DNA of 64,000 bases from Candidatus Thorarchaeota archaeon. Its GTDB lineage: Archaea; Asgardarchaeota; Thorarchaeia; Thorarchaeales; Thorarchaeaceae. Made by a program: the position numbers and the translations under genes. The notes under the pieces were generated by a model that ran no database searches, had not been told where the DNA came from, and saw only the letters and a list, made by a program, of their open reading frames with translations. The stretch is from NCBI GenBank assembly GCA_016933575.1, contig JAFGAR010000064.1, positions 64,001 to 128,000 of the forward strand, given 5' to 3'. Position 1 is the first letter of the stretch. Every line of letters begins with the position of its first letter. Shown here piece by piece: positions 28,201 through 37,772 of the stretch.

Positions 28201-30974
28201 TCCACAACTCCGTGGAGCGAGACTGATGTAAGTAGCTCATCCTGATCCGTAAAAAGTAGAAACTCTTCATTAGTATCTCCATCAAAATCAGTGACTACTG
28301 CACTGAGTGGCGTAGCCCCTGTAACCTGTATTGACCAATGCGTTGTTAATGATGTTTCAGCACTAACTAATTGAAGTTCTCCAGAGCTAAGCAGGACCAT
28401 TAGTTCATCGGTTTCACTACCCATTGCATCATGTGGAAATATGTAAGTAATGTCTTCATGAGGAATTGCATAATATTGGGTATCATTCATATTAGTCGTC
28501 GTCTGATCGAACACGAGTATACGTCCTGTTGGATCCGATCCATTCCAGTAATTAATAGCAGCAACGAATTCTTCTTCGCCTGTCAGCGCATTATATCTAC
28601 TCCAGATTCCAGGAGTATCTTGGTCTGAATACGCGCTGAGGTCAACATCAAGTGACCTAATGAATGACAGGTCATCAGCATTATGGAGATCAATAGCTGA
28701 ACTTGATCGAAGAATCGCAATATACCCATCGCCTGTACTGGCATCATTGATTACTGAAAAACCCCGAATTCCAACACTGCCAGCAATAGGCACTTGTGAC
28801 CAGCTTGTGTCTGAATCCATTTTAATTATCGAATATGGCGATGTATCTGATACGAGAAGCAATTCTTGGTTTCCATCACCGTCATCATCAATTACTCCTA
28901 GATAATTGAAACTCTTGTATGGGTAGGGACTGATTCCTTCATTAATTAGAGAGAGTGTAGATCCATGATATGCATGATATCCCAGGAATGAGCCACTCTT
29001 GTAGTAGTAGTCGAGTACAATGATATCTGCAACATTATCCCCATCTAGCATTGCAGTATAGACCTCGAAGTACTCCCATCTAGTTCCTCCGTTGACAATG
29101 GTCACATTATCAAGAACTGCACCAGAGCTTGAATACTGGGTGAGCGTTAAATCTTCGACACTTCTCTCTCTCTCAATTGTATAAATTACAGTCTGTCCGT
29201 CAGAAAGATTTCCGATATCTGATTGATGAGCTCTGTACGTTACATAGTCAGTATCACTCTTGTCTACTTGCCATACAAAATTACCCATAACATTGAAACT
29301 TAACGGATGTGTTGTGTTGCCCATATTGATTGTATTCAGATATGTGTCTTGGAATTCGAAGTAGTATTCATAGAGGCCAGTTACAAGATTTCCAATGAAC
29401 GCGTAGTATAGTCCTTCAGAATGGGAAGAATACATCTCGTCTTGTGGTTGAATCCAAGGACCCGCACCACCGACTCTCATGAAAATGTCTGCATGCTCAA
29501 TATCTGATGTTTCATTGACTTGTATTTGAATTGTCACGTAATCATCAAGAATTGTAGGGTGGCTTGGTTCCATCGGTAGTTGAGCCAGATCTGGAGGTGT
29601 GGAATCGCTCAGGAGTAAATAAACATCTCCCAGTACTCTACAGATGACATCGACCCTTGAATCTCCATTAGTATCAATTGTATCAATCTGGTATGAATTA
29701 GCTACATTACGCACATCAATCAGATATTCAGTATAGGCAAGATTACCATCATTACCACGGACTATTCCAAGACCACCATCGGTCGTACCAATAGCAAGAT
29801 CATCAAGTCCATCTGCATCCATTGGACCTACATCTTGTTTTTTATCACCGGGAATATAGATTCCAGATACTTCTCTTATTGGGAAACCCATATTTCCATT
29901 TCTGAAATAAGCTGTTTCTTGATCCCGACTGACAATGACTAGGTCCTCTTGGGTGTCAAGGTTAAAATCGCCAGTTTGTATTGACCTGTATGAACTATAG
30001 AGTAAATCCACATTTTGCGTATATGAAACTCCAAGAGTTGGACCCGAATAGACAACAATATCTCCATTCGATTCTATTGTGGCAATTTCATCGAGGCCGC
30101 TTCCCCATTGAAATGTCACCATATCTTGGATGCTATATGAAAGTAGAATTGATTGAAGCTGAGACCCATCAGCTGCGACCAAGGTCAAATTTCTCTGTCC
30201 ACTGGTACCTGCTGTATTCGCAAGAGCTATTGAATCCTCAGTGAGGCTAGCAAACTTACCAATTGCCAAACCATAACTATAATCCAAGAGAAATGAACCA
30301 ATTGTTGCATTGTTGTGTAGATCAAAAGTCAGAAAGTTATCATTGTTATTTGTATTCTTTATCACGGCGTCTGGATATTCATCACCACTAAAGTTGCCGA
30401 AACCGACCACTGATGCATAAAATGGTACGGGATATTTTGATACGACTCCATCATCTAAATCGACAACCAGAATGTAATACTGAGGATTGACATAATTACG
30501 AATCATAAATTCTGAATCGCCATCGTTATCGACATCGCATGCAATGATACCTGATCCCGACCAAGTGTTTCCTGCTGGAATTGATATATCCAAAGAGAAG
30601 TCATTTGCGATATCTACAAAATAGAGTTTATCCTCATCATCGATGACATATGCAAAACCCTGATGGCTTTGAACAGTTCCGACTGCAATTGGAATACTCG
30701 AAGAACCCGGCAATGTGTAATGATAAAGAGATTGTGCCGGTAGGAATCCATCACTATCATATAAACTTAGGTCTGTTGAAGATGGACCTAGATTTATCAT
30801 AATTGGCATTAGAAGCATGAATGAAATGAATGCTATCGTAATCAATCTAAAAATCCTCAAATCTGTGCTATGCATTTGCTTTGATTTGGGACGGTAACTA
30901 CTCTCTTTTCTGATTGCAGAATTAACACTCATTTTAGATGCATCCCTCTCTTTCTTGATGGTGGCATAGTTCAC
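25296..30974 (-). CDS. Large cell-surface protein: FG-GAP/VCBS beta-propeller repeats, Ig-like repeats, C-terminal multi-pass (~7 TM) domain
   Basis: DxDxDG loops (DVDNDGDSE, GDFNLDTQED, DADGLDD, DTNGDSRVD, DDDGDGNQE, DFDGDTNEE); repeated D..G..V.(D/G)A.V Ig-like motifs; N-terminal hydrophobic signal; seven hydrophobic segments near the C-terminus. Confidence 0.88.
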   Translation of the reverse strand: MNYATIKKERDASKMSVNSAIRKESSYRPKSKQMHSTDLRIFRLITIAFISFMLLMPIMINLGPSSTDLSLYDSDGFLPAQSLYHYTLPGSSSIPIAVGTVQSHQGFAYVIDDEDKLYFVDIANDFSLDISIPAGNTWSGSGIIACDVDNDGDSEFMIRNYVNPQYYILVVDLDDGVVSKYPVPFYASVVGFGNFSGDEYPDAVIKNTNNNDNFLTFDLHNNATIGSFLLDYSYGLAIGKFASLTEDSIALANTAGTSGQRNLTLVAADGSQLQSILLSYSIQDMVTFQWGSGLDEIATIESNGDIVVYSGPTLGVSYTQNVDLLYSSYRSIQTGDFNLDTQEDLVIVSRDQETAYFRNGNMGFPIREVSGIYIPGDKKQDVGPMDADGLDDLAIGTTDGGLGIVRGNDGNLAYTEYLIDVRNVANSYQIDTIDTNGDSRVDVICRVLGDVYLLLSDSTPPDLAQLPMEPSHPTILDDYVTIQIQVNETSDIEHADIFMRVGGAGPWIQPQDEMYSSHSEGLYYAFIGNLVTGLYEYYFEFQDTYLNTINMGNTTHPLSFNVMGNFVWQVDKSDTDYVTYRAHQSDIGNLSDGQTVIYTIERERSVEDLTLTQYSSSGAVLDNVTIVNGGTRWEYFEVYTAMLDGDNVADIIVLDYYYKSGSFLGYHAYHGSTLSLINEGISPYPYKSFNYLGVIDDDGDGNQELLLVSDTSPYSIIKMDSDTSWSQVPIAGSVGIRGFSVINDASTGDGYIAILRSSSAIDLHNADDLSFIRSLDVDLSAYSDQDTPGIWSRYNALTGEEEFVAAINYWNGSDPTGRILVFDQTTTNMNDTQYYAIPHEDITYIFPHDAMGSETDELMVLLSSGELQLVSAETSLTTHWSIQVTGATPLSAVVTDFDGDTNEEFLLFTDQDELLTSVSLHGVVEWTVKVGEVRNPLVIGNIDVVPGAEIAAYPFASINSMILGAVRNLDSSYLLDVSLSYSSTDLVQGESFSVNVTVLDIHGDIVDDASIYMTAHYMTPEGAGDNTFGFYYWAAEGKYSALTDVTWPIGTINLTITVDNGFYHLFHHSYENALVVRSNLHVDLQVPDIVQQGVNTSFRAIIFDNLGGVVDDATVTISIDSVVLGTIVSGQAHILEIPEVQLEAGNHIAVGRANHAYALAEGVRGKVFTVQVLTENLVISTDFPAIVQQDSVVGAWFNISDAYGHVIAGADVTLRSGPQVYGMIESPTSPGSYRFLHTISLGIGNQTFELSVNKPDVIGPPATEISFDVYGNLQPNVFYETRVEGGSWFTINIFVKDKYGPVFIGTSVTIDINGTLYTQIDTTGDPDYALTVQADFLMGENNFTIYVNATFANPWSGTFKIRAYSDAAASASITSSEGWTILQGERTRLELTLEDWIGRPVSGATVQFFVKALSYNLMEIGQGVYAVNMSTTGWAPGEYGYSVSVSHEDIKSGNAISGNITILGVLEFFVDFNPEQPSQGESLLIGITIVDAYGNPVPGLDVFVTTMGMPTMIAEESDQMGLYILFIEHLPITEGYGTKNISIEVEGQFVQSKEMATSFYLSVAEPEIGVMDTPTIFTFTGISFIVSLLGMFIYFRLAPTLRRTYSSKEELKRAVKRMDRLYILIILASIAGFIVSTQLYAVGDYGGALILTVALLGASVLLYGLWLYRDAVSAVMVTGALSKKRMIAGLGHLFFVPVVIVMILTYGTEIDWFKAYMIDQAFTIGEISIPTIMTTIFTAYLSSILVVVVNLYREVSKGLKRIEKMKDADTPTSIIQDERDTLVSRFSSSIRIKFLMFLVVVGAAAVTTMDFLQSYELGVIVLMPIAFLVVIPFISSKIVQVIDRASNPTIKAESEPFVKESIDSIPESPTEDVESLDESKDDSEEDTKTSSD

Positions 30975-31156
30975 TCAATTCCTCAGTAAGAACCTTACAG
31001 TGTACCATTCTAATGTGAATCGAGTGATTTCTCAAAGCACCACTCAGAAACTTTTGATTTTTTTCCTTTTATCGATTCTGTGCGTTTCTATGTTGATACC
31101 GATATGCTAAATATGATGATGTCCGGAAGAAAAATCAGTAATTGGAGAGTAGTTTC

Positions 31157-32518
31157 ATGGTTGAACATATCGCAATTATTGGCTGTGGTGCTGCTGGTGC
31201 AACAGCAGCCATGCAGGCTCGAAAATTCGATCGGAATGTCCAGATAACACTCTATAACAGTGAGAAGTATTCCCAATACTCTCGTTGTGGTCTGCCATAC
31301 ACAATATCAGGAAAAGTCAAAGCCTTTGATGATCTGGTTCTGATGCCAGCTGAGAACTGGGAGAGTCTGAATATATACGCAAAACTCGGGATTACTGTTA
31401 CTGATATTGATCACAGTAATCATGAACTCTCCTTTGGTGGAGTTGGTGGTGAAGGCAAACAGGAATATGATGCTCTCATCTTCGCAACTGGGGCTAAAAA
31501 TGCAGATCCTCCAATTACCGGACTGGAAAAGAAACGTGTGTACGGTCTAAGAACACTTGATGATGCAAAAGCGTTGGCAGAAGAGGCAAAGAAATCCAAG
31601 AATGCGGTCATCATCGGAGGTGGTCTAGTTGGGATGGAGGCCGCGGAAGCATTTCATGAACGAGGACTACATGTCACAGTTGTAGAGTTCTTGCCACACG
31701 TTCTCTTGGCAATGGTTGATCCAGACATGGCTCAGATTATTGAAGACCACTGTACAGAACATGGCCTTACGATATTGAATAACACTGCAGCCCAAGAGAT
31801 CAAGGGCAAAGATACTCCCACAGGTGTCATCGTGAAGAGTAGAGAATCTGGTGAAATATCAGAGATACCTGCAGATTTTGTAGTTGTTGCTACTGGTGTC
31901 CGTCCAGTCACTGAATTAGCTGAGAAGATTGGAGTGGAAATTGGACCAACTCGTGGAATCAAGACCGATGATAGAATGATGACGAACTTACAAGATGTCT
32001 ATGCAGTAGGTGATTGTGCAGAGAATTTCGAGTACATCACAAAGACTCCATTTACAGGTGGTTTAGGAACAATAGCTGTCCGGCAAGCTCGTGTTGCAGG
32101 AATAAATGCAGCAGGTGGGGATGCCAAGTTCCCCGGAATTGTAGGTGCAAAGGTGACCAAGATTTTTGATCTTGAGATTGCAAGTACCGGCCTTACTGAA
32201 GACCTAGCTCAACGATTCAATGTGCCTATCGTTAAAGGCTCTATTAAGGGGAGCACCAAACCTCCATACTATGTTGGCGGCAAGGACTTGAAGTTAAAGA
32301 CCTTCTTCAACAAAGAAACTGGCAAGCTCGTTGGTGGTCAACTGGTTGGGCTTGAGGATGCAGCAATGCGACTTAATGTGTTGACTCTAGGTATTCAGCA
32401 GGATATCAATGCGGTTGAATTATTCGACTTTGAGAATTGCTATGCTCCTGCAGTCTGCGATACTTGGGATCCATTGGTTCAATCTGCAGATGCTGCACGC
32501 AAGCGGTTGAAGTTGTAA
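31157..32518 (+). CDS. CoA-disulfide reductase / NADH oxidase family flavoprotein
   Basis: IGCGAAG, YSRCGLPY (single redox Cys), ATGA, IGGGLVG, YAVGDCAE, YAPA..TWDP. Confidence 0.92.
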   Translation: MVEHIAIIGCGAAGATAAMQARKFDRNVQITLYNSEKYSQYSRCGLPYTISGKVKAFDDLVLMPAENWESLNIYAKLGITVTDIDHSNHELSFGGVGGEGKQEYDALIFATGAKNADPPITGLEKKRVYGLRTLDDAKALAEEAKKSKNAVIIGGGLVGMEAAEAFHERGLHVTVVEFLPHVLLAMVDPDMAQIIEDHCTEHGLTILNNTAAQEIKGKDTPTGVIVKSRESGEISEIPADFVVVATGVRPVTELAEKIGVEIGPTRGIKTDDRMMTNLQDVYAVGDCAENFEYITKTPFTGGLGTIAVRQARVAGINAAGGDAKFPGIVGAKVTKIFDLEIASTGLTEDLAQRFNVPIVKGSIKGSTKPPYYVGGKDLKLKTFFNKETGKLVGGQLVGLEDAAMRLNVLTLGIQQDINAVELFDFENCYAPAVCDTWDPLVQSADAARKRLKL

Positions 32519-32531
32519 TTATAAAATAGTC

Positions 32532-33026
32532 CTAGGTCCCTCTGATGATTTTGATATTATTGAGAGCAAATTGAAAAGAACTGACTTGTGTCGGGGAACT
32601 TGCAACCAATATAACATTCTCAAGACCACACCCATCCTTCGAATGCTCATAGACAGCTTTCACTAGTTCCTCTGCAATTTCCCAGCTCGGAACCCGCGCA
32701 ACTTCCAGAGCCATAGTATAGAATCCAACACTTGCAACATTTGCCTCTTCAGCATCAGATAATGCATTCTTTGCGGTTTGATAGACGACCTTCCTTCTAT
32801 CTGGATCAAGAATCGAAACACTTGGCCAATGACGGATAATTTCTGCATTAGTAGACTCCTTTATAGTGATTCCAAAACCCCCAATAGTGCCACCAGCTCC
32901 AATAACTCCCGAGGGCGATATCCCAACTGGGATCTCTTTAGCTTTTACTACTAGACCTATGTCACTATCATTATGTGGTCCAAGCCGGACAGATACTGAA
33001 ATTCCTCCGATAACGTGATGATCCAA
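32532..33026 (-). CDS. Degenerate macrodomain-like protein
   Basis: C-terminal half (NALSDAEEANVASVGFYTM..EIAEELVKAV..LENVILVA) parallels the macrodomain fold; GDIT, NAAN and GGG motifs absent. Confidence 0.6.
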   Translation of the reverse strand: MDHHVIGGISVSVRLGPHNDSDIGLVVKAKEIPVGISPSGVIGAGGTIGGFGITIKESTNAEIIRHWPSVSILDPDRRKVVYQTAKNALSDAEEANVASVGFYTMALEVARVPSWEIAEELVKAVYEHSKDGCGLENVILVASSPTQVSSFQFALNNIKIIRGT

Positions 33027-33031
33027 GGTGC

Positions 33032-33559
33032 CTACCCCTCAATTTCGTCGAGTGCTTGACTGAAGCAATCACACACGTACTTGTTAAGGCCAACAAGTGT
33101 TATTTCCTTTACTGAATGTGGTTCTTGCGCATAGTGTGCAACTCCAGTCAATATTGCTTTTGCAGACTCTTGTTCTGTTAATCCTCCCACGCCTGCTCCA
33201 ATCGCAGGAAATGCTACTGAGTGCAGATTATGATCTGAGGCGATATTCAGAGCATTCTGGACTGATGAAAGAACTTTCCAATAGGTGGCTTTTCCTCCTG
33301 GCGGCATACCTGCGCAGTGTATCACATATTTAGCTGGTAATGAGCCTCCTGTTGTCATCACCGCCTCACCCGGCCTTATTGGACCCAGTGACATGGCCTC
33401 AGTTTCTATCTCAGTTCCCCCCTTTGCCTTAATTGCCCCTGCAACACCAGATCCCATCCAAAGATCTGAATTTGCAGCATTAGCAATTGCATCGACAGCT
33501 AGATTGGTAATGTCTCCAATATAGATCTGAATGATAACACCACCAATGCTTCTCCTCAC
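33032..33559 (-). CDS. Macrodomain protein (ADP-ribose binding/hydrolase, MacroD-type)
   Basis: GDIT, DAIANAANS, MGSGVAGAI, GEAVMTTGGSLPAKYVIH, SVAFPAIGAGVGG. Confidence 0.94.
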   Translation of the reverse strand: MRRSIGGVIIQIYIGDITNLAVDAIANAANSDLWMGSGVAGAIKAKGGTEIETEAMSLGPIRPGEAVMTTGGSLPAKYVIHCAGMPPGGKATYWKVLSSVQNALNIASDHNLHSVAFPAIGAGVGGLTEQESAKAILTGVAHYAQEPHSVKEITLVGLNKYVCDCFSQALDEIEG

Positions 33560-33653
33560 AACACTCTCTCCTAATAGAAGCTAATTACAGTTGTAAACAA
33601 ATTCGTAAAAAGTTGTTGTCCCAAACTTTTTGAAGGGTAATAGGTGTTGAGAA

Positions 33654-34244
33654 GTGGCGAGTAACCTGAATGATGTCAATGATGAAGAGATGCTTTCATT
33701 AATTGAACGCTTTGGCGAACCGCATCGGCTTCATTTCTCTGCAAATTTCCTCAGATTTGAATGCGACTTGGTCAAATTAAGTAGAGAAAAGGGTAGACTT
33801 CATGATGTGACCTGTTTCATACGACAAAAGGACAACCGATATGTTGTGATACAGAAACATCAGTACGCTAGAACTGGAATTTATCGCGCTCCCTCAGGTG
33901 GCAGACATTTCGGAGAGAGTATTGAAGAAGCAGCTCATCGAGAGATGTATGAGGAGACTGGTCTCACAATCAGATTGGTTCATTTGGTTCTTGATGTTAG
34001 TCTTGATGTGGTGTGTAATGACGAGGTTATTCCTTGGCGTTCTTTCGTCTTTCTTGCAGAGCCCACAGGTGGTGATATGAAACCCATCGATGTTCGTGAG
34101 ATATTCGACGTTTCTGTTATGACCCGTGATCAACTTTTAACAGATGTCGATAGATTGATGCAAGAGTCAGGATGGGGCGGTTTTGCTTATCGTGCCTTTC
34201 TGACAAGAGAGTTCTTTAAACAACTCGACATTTTGTATATTTGA
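33654..34244 (+). CDS. Nudix hydrolase
   Basis: Nudix box GGRHFGESIEEAAHREMYEETGL. Confidence 0.9.
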   Translation: MASNLNDVNDEEMLSLIERFGEPHRLHFSANFLRFECDLVKLSREKGRLHDVTCFIRQKDNRYVVIQKHQYARTGIYRAPSGGRHFGESIEEAAHREMYEETGLTIRLVHLVLDVSLDVVCNDEVIPWRSFVFLAEPTGGDMKPIDVREIFDVSVMTRDQLLTDVDRLMQESGWGGFAYRAFLTREFFKQLDILYI

Positions 34245-34621
34245 GTCAGTGTTACTCAGTTCCATATTTCAGTAATCAATCCACACTATAGAGCAGAGTT
34301 AGATTGGCAATCTGAGTTTTTTCGAAGATGACATTAACTCAACATTTACTCCCTACCCCACGATCATGCCAAGACATACCTGCTCTTTCATTTTTCATTA
34401 TAATGAATCATAATACTATTTGTTAAGAGGACTCTCTATCCGGAATGTATATTAGCTCCTAATGTTAGCCAATAGCTCCAAGATGGCAATATATTTCCCG
34501 AAAGGCTTAAACAGCCTTGAGGCAATTGCCATTATATCCAATCTAATTCCAAATTCAGTCGCAACTGAAGGAGTTTCGGAAGGCTTCTTGCCTTTCTAGA
34601 ACTTCCAATGGAGGAAGCTAA

Positions 34622-36484
34622 GTGGAAAGAAATCAACTACTCGCGATTGTTGTGATTGTAGTTGTCGTAGCGGGCGCAGGAGTCGCCTTTGTCTTCATGC
34701 AGCAGCCAGGAAGGCCGCCAGAGAATACTCTGATATGGGAGACAATTGGTAATCCTGACTATATGGACCCTCACGTCAACTATGAGAGCTTCGGTTCGTG
34801 GGTACAATTCAACATATATGAAACGCTATACACATATCCGTGGGATAGCGCTGTAACCGATCCATCGGTTCCATTACTGGCTGCATCAGCACCAGTATTA
34901 TCAGCCGATGGTAAGAACTATACTATTACTCTTCGACAAGGCATCACCTTCCATGACGGCACACCATTCAATGCTAGCTGTGTCAAATGGAATATGGAGC
35001 GTGCGATGAAGATTTTCTACCCAGATGGTCCAGTCTGGATGGTTGCTGAACCACTCGTTGGTGGTGGTGCAGTTGAGGCAGCCGCTTTTGGCGACGGTCC
35101 AACATCTGCAGCATTCAAGGCAGCATTCGACAACTGGGTTGAGAATTCCAGTGCCATCATTGTCATGGACACGTACGTGATTAGATTCCGTCTTGCTGAT
35201 CCTTACCCGGCCTTTATCGCTGCAATTACCTATGAGGTAGGCGCAATGATAAGCCCAACCTACGCTATTGCTCACGCAAGTGATGCAGCTTGGGCAACCT
35301 GGGATGCATATGGTGTTGATTACGGCGAGTATGAGAATCCAATGACTACTCAGACTTGCGGTACTGGCCCATACATGCTTACCAATTGGGTACCCGATCA
35401 GTACATTGAATTAACTCTGTACGAAGACTACTGGAGAACCTCTACCAGCACTGGTGCAGGCTCACTCGAAAAGGTCTTCATTCGAACCAATGAAGATGTC
35501 AACGGCAGGTCATTGAACCTGAGAGCTGGTACAACTGATGCTTGTTACTGGCCAACCACAAACGCTCTAGATATCTGGAGCAATGTAACCGACGATTCCA
35601 CCGATCCAAACATCTTTGTCTCAACTGGTGGTTATAGCTACACTGTAACATTCTTTGGATTCAACATGGGAATCATCAACATGACCACTGGCGCAGTTCT
35701 TGATGAGAAGGTTAGTCCCTTCCAGTGGCTGAACTTCAGGCGCGCAGCATCATGGGCTATGGACTATGAAGCGTTCCTGTCAGCAGCTGTCAATGGATTT
35801 GGTGTCCAGGGTAAGGGATGCATACCCATCGGAATGTTCGGTCATAATGGAAGCGCATACAACTGGGAATACAATCTTACTGCAGCAGTAGAAGAATGGA
35901 ACCTTGCAATGGCTGATCCTAATTTCGTTGATTCACTCAATGAGTTGGACAACCATCTAGTTCTCTACTACAACTCCGGTAACACCGTGAGAGAGCAGGG
36001 CTGTCTATTGCTAGCTGATGGTCTCAATGCAATGTGGGGTGATGACGATGCTGACGACACTGGTCTGGATGCAGCAATGACTGTCACAACCCAGGCACTC
36101 GAATGGTCCAACTATCTAGATGCCATTCGTGAGAAGAGGATGGCAATCTTCTTCGTCGGTTGGGCACCTGACTATGCAGACCCAGACAACTATGTCTATC
36201 CATTCGCATACCACTACGGTACATACGCTCAGAGAATCTCCTACAACGATACTGACGTTAACACCTGGTACGAGGAAGCTAAGATCGAGACTGATGAAAC
36301 CGCTCGAAAGCACTTGTACAACTTGATTCAGGAGAAGCTCGCTGAAGATGCACCCTATCTGTGGATGTACCAAGCTACCGAGTTCAGAACTTGGAGAGCC
36401 TGGCTACACGGTGATGGTTTGGTCTACAACCCAATGCACCAAGCTTACTTCTACCACATGTACAAGACATACCCAACCACATAG
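34622..36484 (+). CDS. oppA: Oligopeptide/dipeptide ABC transporter substrate-binding protein (family 5)
   Basis: N-terminal anchor, MDPH, IYETLY, LRQGITFHDGTPFNA, GTGPY, GWAPDYADPDNY; GGAGG SD. Confidence 0.93.
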   Translation: MERNQLLAIVVIVVVVAGAGVAFVFMQQPGRPPENTLIWETIGNPDYMDPHVNYESFGSWVQFNIYETLYTYPWDSAVTDPSVPLLAASAPVLSADGKNYTITLRQGITFHDGTPFNASCVKWNMERAMKIFYPDGPVWMVAEPLVGGGAVEAAAFGDGPTSAAFKAAFDNWVENSSAIIVMDTYVIRFRLADPYPAFIAAITYEVGAMISPTYAIAHASDAAWATWDAYGVDYGEYENPMTTQTCGTGPYMLTNWVPDQYIELTLYEDYWRTSTSTGAGSLEKVFIRTNEDVNGRSLNLRAGTTDACYWPTTNALDIWSNVTDDSTDPNIFVSTGGYSYTVTFFGFNMGIINMTTGAVLDEKVSPFQWLNFRRAASWAMDYEAFLSAAVNGFGVQGKGCIPIGMFGHNGSAYNWEYNLTAAVEEWNLAMADPNFVDSLNELDNHLVLYYNSGNTVREQGCLLLADGLNAMWGDDDADDTGLDAAMTVTTQALEWSNYLDAIREKRMAIFFVGWAPDYADPDNYVYPFAYHYGTYAQRISYNDTDVNTWYEEAKIETDETARKHLYNLIQEKLAEDAPYLWMYQATEFRTWRAWLHGDGLVYNPMHQAYFYHMYKTYPTT

Positions 36485-36514
36485 GTTAGGTCCGGTAGTT
36501 AGTAACTACAACTA

Positions 36515-36554
36515 GATGCAGAGGCTTCGGCCTCTGTCATCCTTTTCTTTTTTC
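36515..36554 (+). terminator. cUUCGg-tetraloop hairpin + U-tract terminator after the substrate-binding protein gene
   Basis: CAGAGGC-TTCG-GCCTCTG, then CCTTTTCTTTTTT. Confidence 0.85.
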
Positions 36555-36737
36555 AAACTTCACTTTCCTGAGTGATTACTATTCAAACTCAATTACTCAA
36601 CAAGGGAGTAGAACTCTGTTATTGCCCTGATATGATAGTTAAAAAAGTCAGTATCAATTTGTGATTAGAATAATTTTGCTTAGTGGCGAATCATTATATT
36701 ATCCAAAAAACAAACATAATCGATAGTTGGTGAAAAA

Positions 36738-37643
36738 ATGAAGGACCTATCATCCATAACTGCTACAGAGTTATTCACTAAGTGGTGGGATGAACGCTGG
36801 ATTCGTGGAATAGTTCTCATGTTGATTCCTATTGGCATAATTGACACTGTGTTTACTATTAGCATTGCACAGCTCTATGGAATTGAAGCTGAGTTCAATC
36901 CCATTACCCGGTTCTTTCTTTCCTCATCATTCTGGTTCTTATGGCCAATTCTTAACATAAGTGGTTTCATGTTCTTCTGTATGATGGCCGGGTCATATTA
37001 CTTGCATTCTAGACTAAAACTAGGTGGCCCCGATACATCTTGGATTTCAGTAATTATCGCATTGCGCGTTGCTATGGTTGGCTATAATGTCACATTCTAC
37101 TACCTACCCTTTGTCATTACGGTGTACCCTCCATTTTGGGCTGCCTTCATCAGCTTTGTAATGACATTCTTCCTAATGAACAACCTTCTAAAACGCCAAA
37201 ATGATATTAGTTGGGAACAAACAAAATACACAATCACCAGTAAATACATCAACTATCGAGATTCAAAATTGATCTCTTCTGCTGGAATCCCTGAACAAGA
37301 TAAGGAAGATACAAGCTCCATCAAGGAAGATCTCAAGAAAGAGGTTCTTTCTGGCATACCGAAAAAGAATCAACCTCTATGGAAAAATCCTTGGGTAAAA
37401 CGAGTTGTATATCTTAGCAGTGCAGCCTTTTCGTTTGTATTAATGGGGATGGCGATTGAATTCATTAGCAACATTTCAGGATTATCAACATGGAACGACC
37501 AACGTGGTGCCTATTTTGTACTTAATGAGATAACAGGCCCTCCTGTTATGGCCTCTTTTATTGCGATATTGTTCTTCATGGGGCTATCATTATTCTTTAT
37601 TCTTAGAGCATTTTCTACTACTCAAGAAATTGACCTTGATTAA
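36738..37643 (+). CDS. Membrane protein: DUF5658-like N-terminal part + C-terminal 'LNEVTGP' module
   Basis: IIDTVFT...EAEFNPI motif; last ~90 aa homologous to 37773-38051 and to the C-terminus of 60143-61576. Confidence 0.8.
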   Translation: MKDLSSITATELFTKWWDERWIRGIVLMLIPIGIIDTVFTISIAQLYGIEAEFNPITRFFLSSSFWFLWPILNISGFMFFCMMAGSYYLHSRLKLGGPDTSWISVIIALRVAMVGYNVTFYYLPFVITVYPPFWAAFISFVMTFFLMNNLLKRQNDISWEQTKYTITSKYINYRDSKLISSAGIPEQDKEDTSSIKEDLKKEVLSGIPKKNQPLWKNPWVKRVVYLSSAAFSFVLMGMAIEFISNISGLSTWNDQRGAYFVLNEITGPPVMASFIAILFFMGLSLFFILRAFSTTQEIDLD

Positions 37644-37772
37644 ACAGGAAATGGCCAACACCTACGAAGTAAGTTTTTCTACGCATATAGTAGTATTATT
37701 AACTGAATCATTAAGAGTCATTCAAACGTGAGTATATCACTCTTTGAGTGCAAATCGAAGTGATGATTGATT

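Noticed and set aside
25296-30974. True integrin alpha or GPCR ortholog
   Set aside because: FG-GAP repeats are widespread in prokaryotes; there is no GFFKR, GPS/GAIN or GPCR motif, so only the architectural analogy is reported
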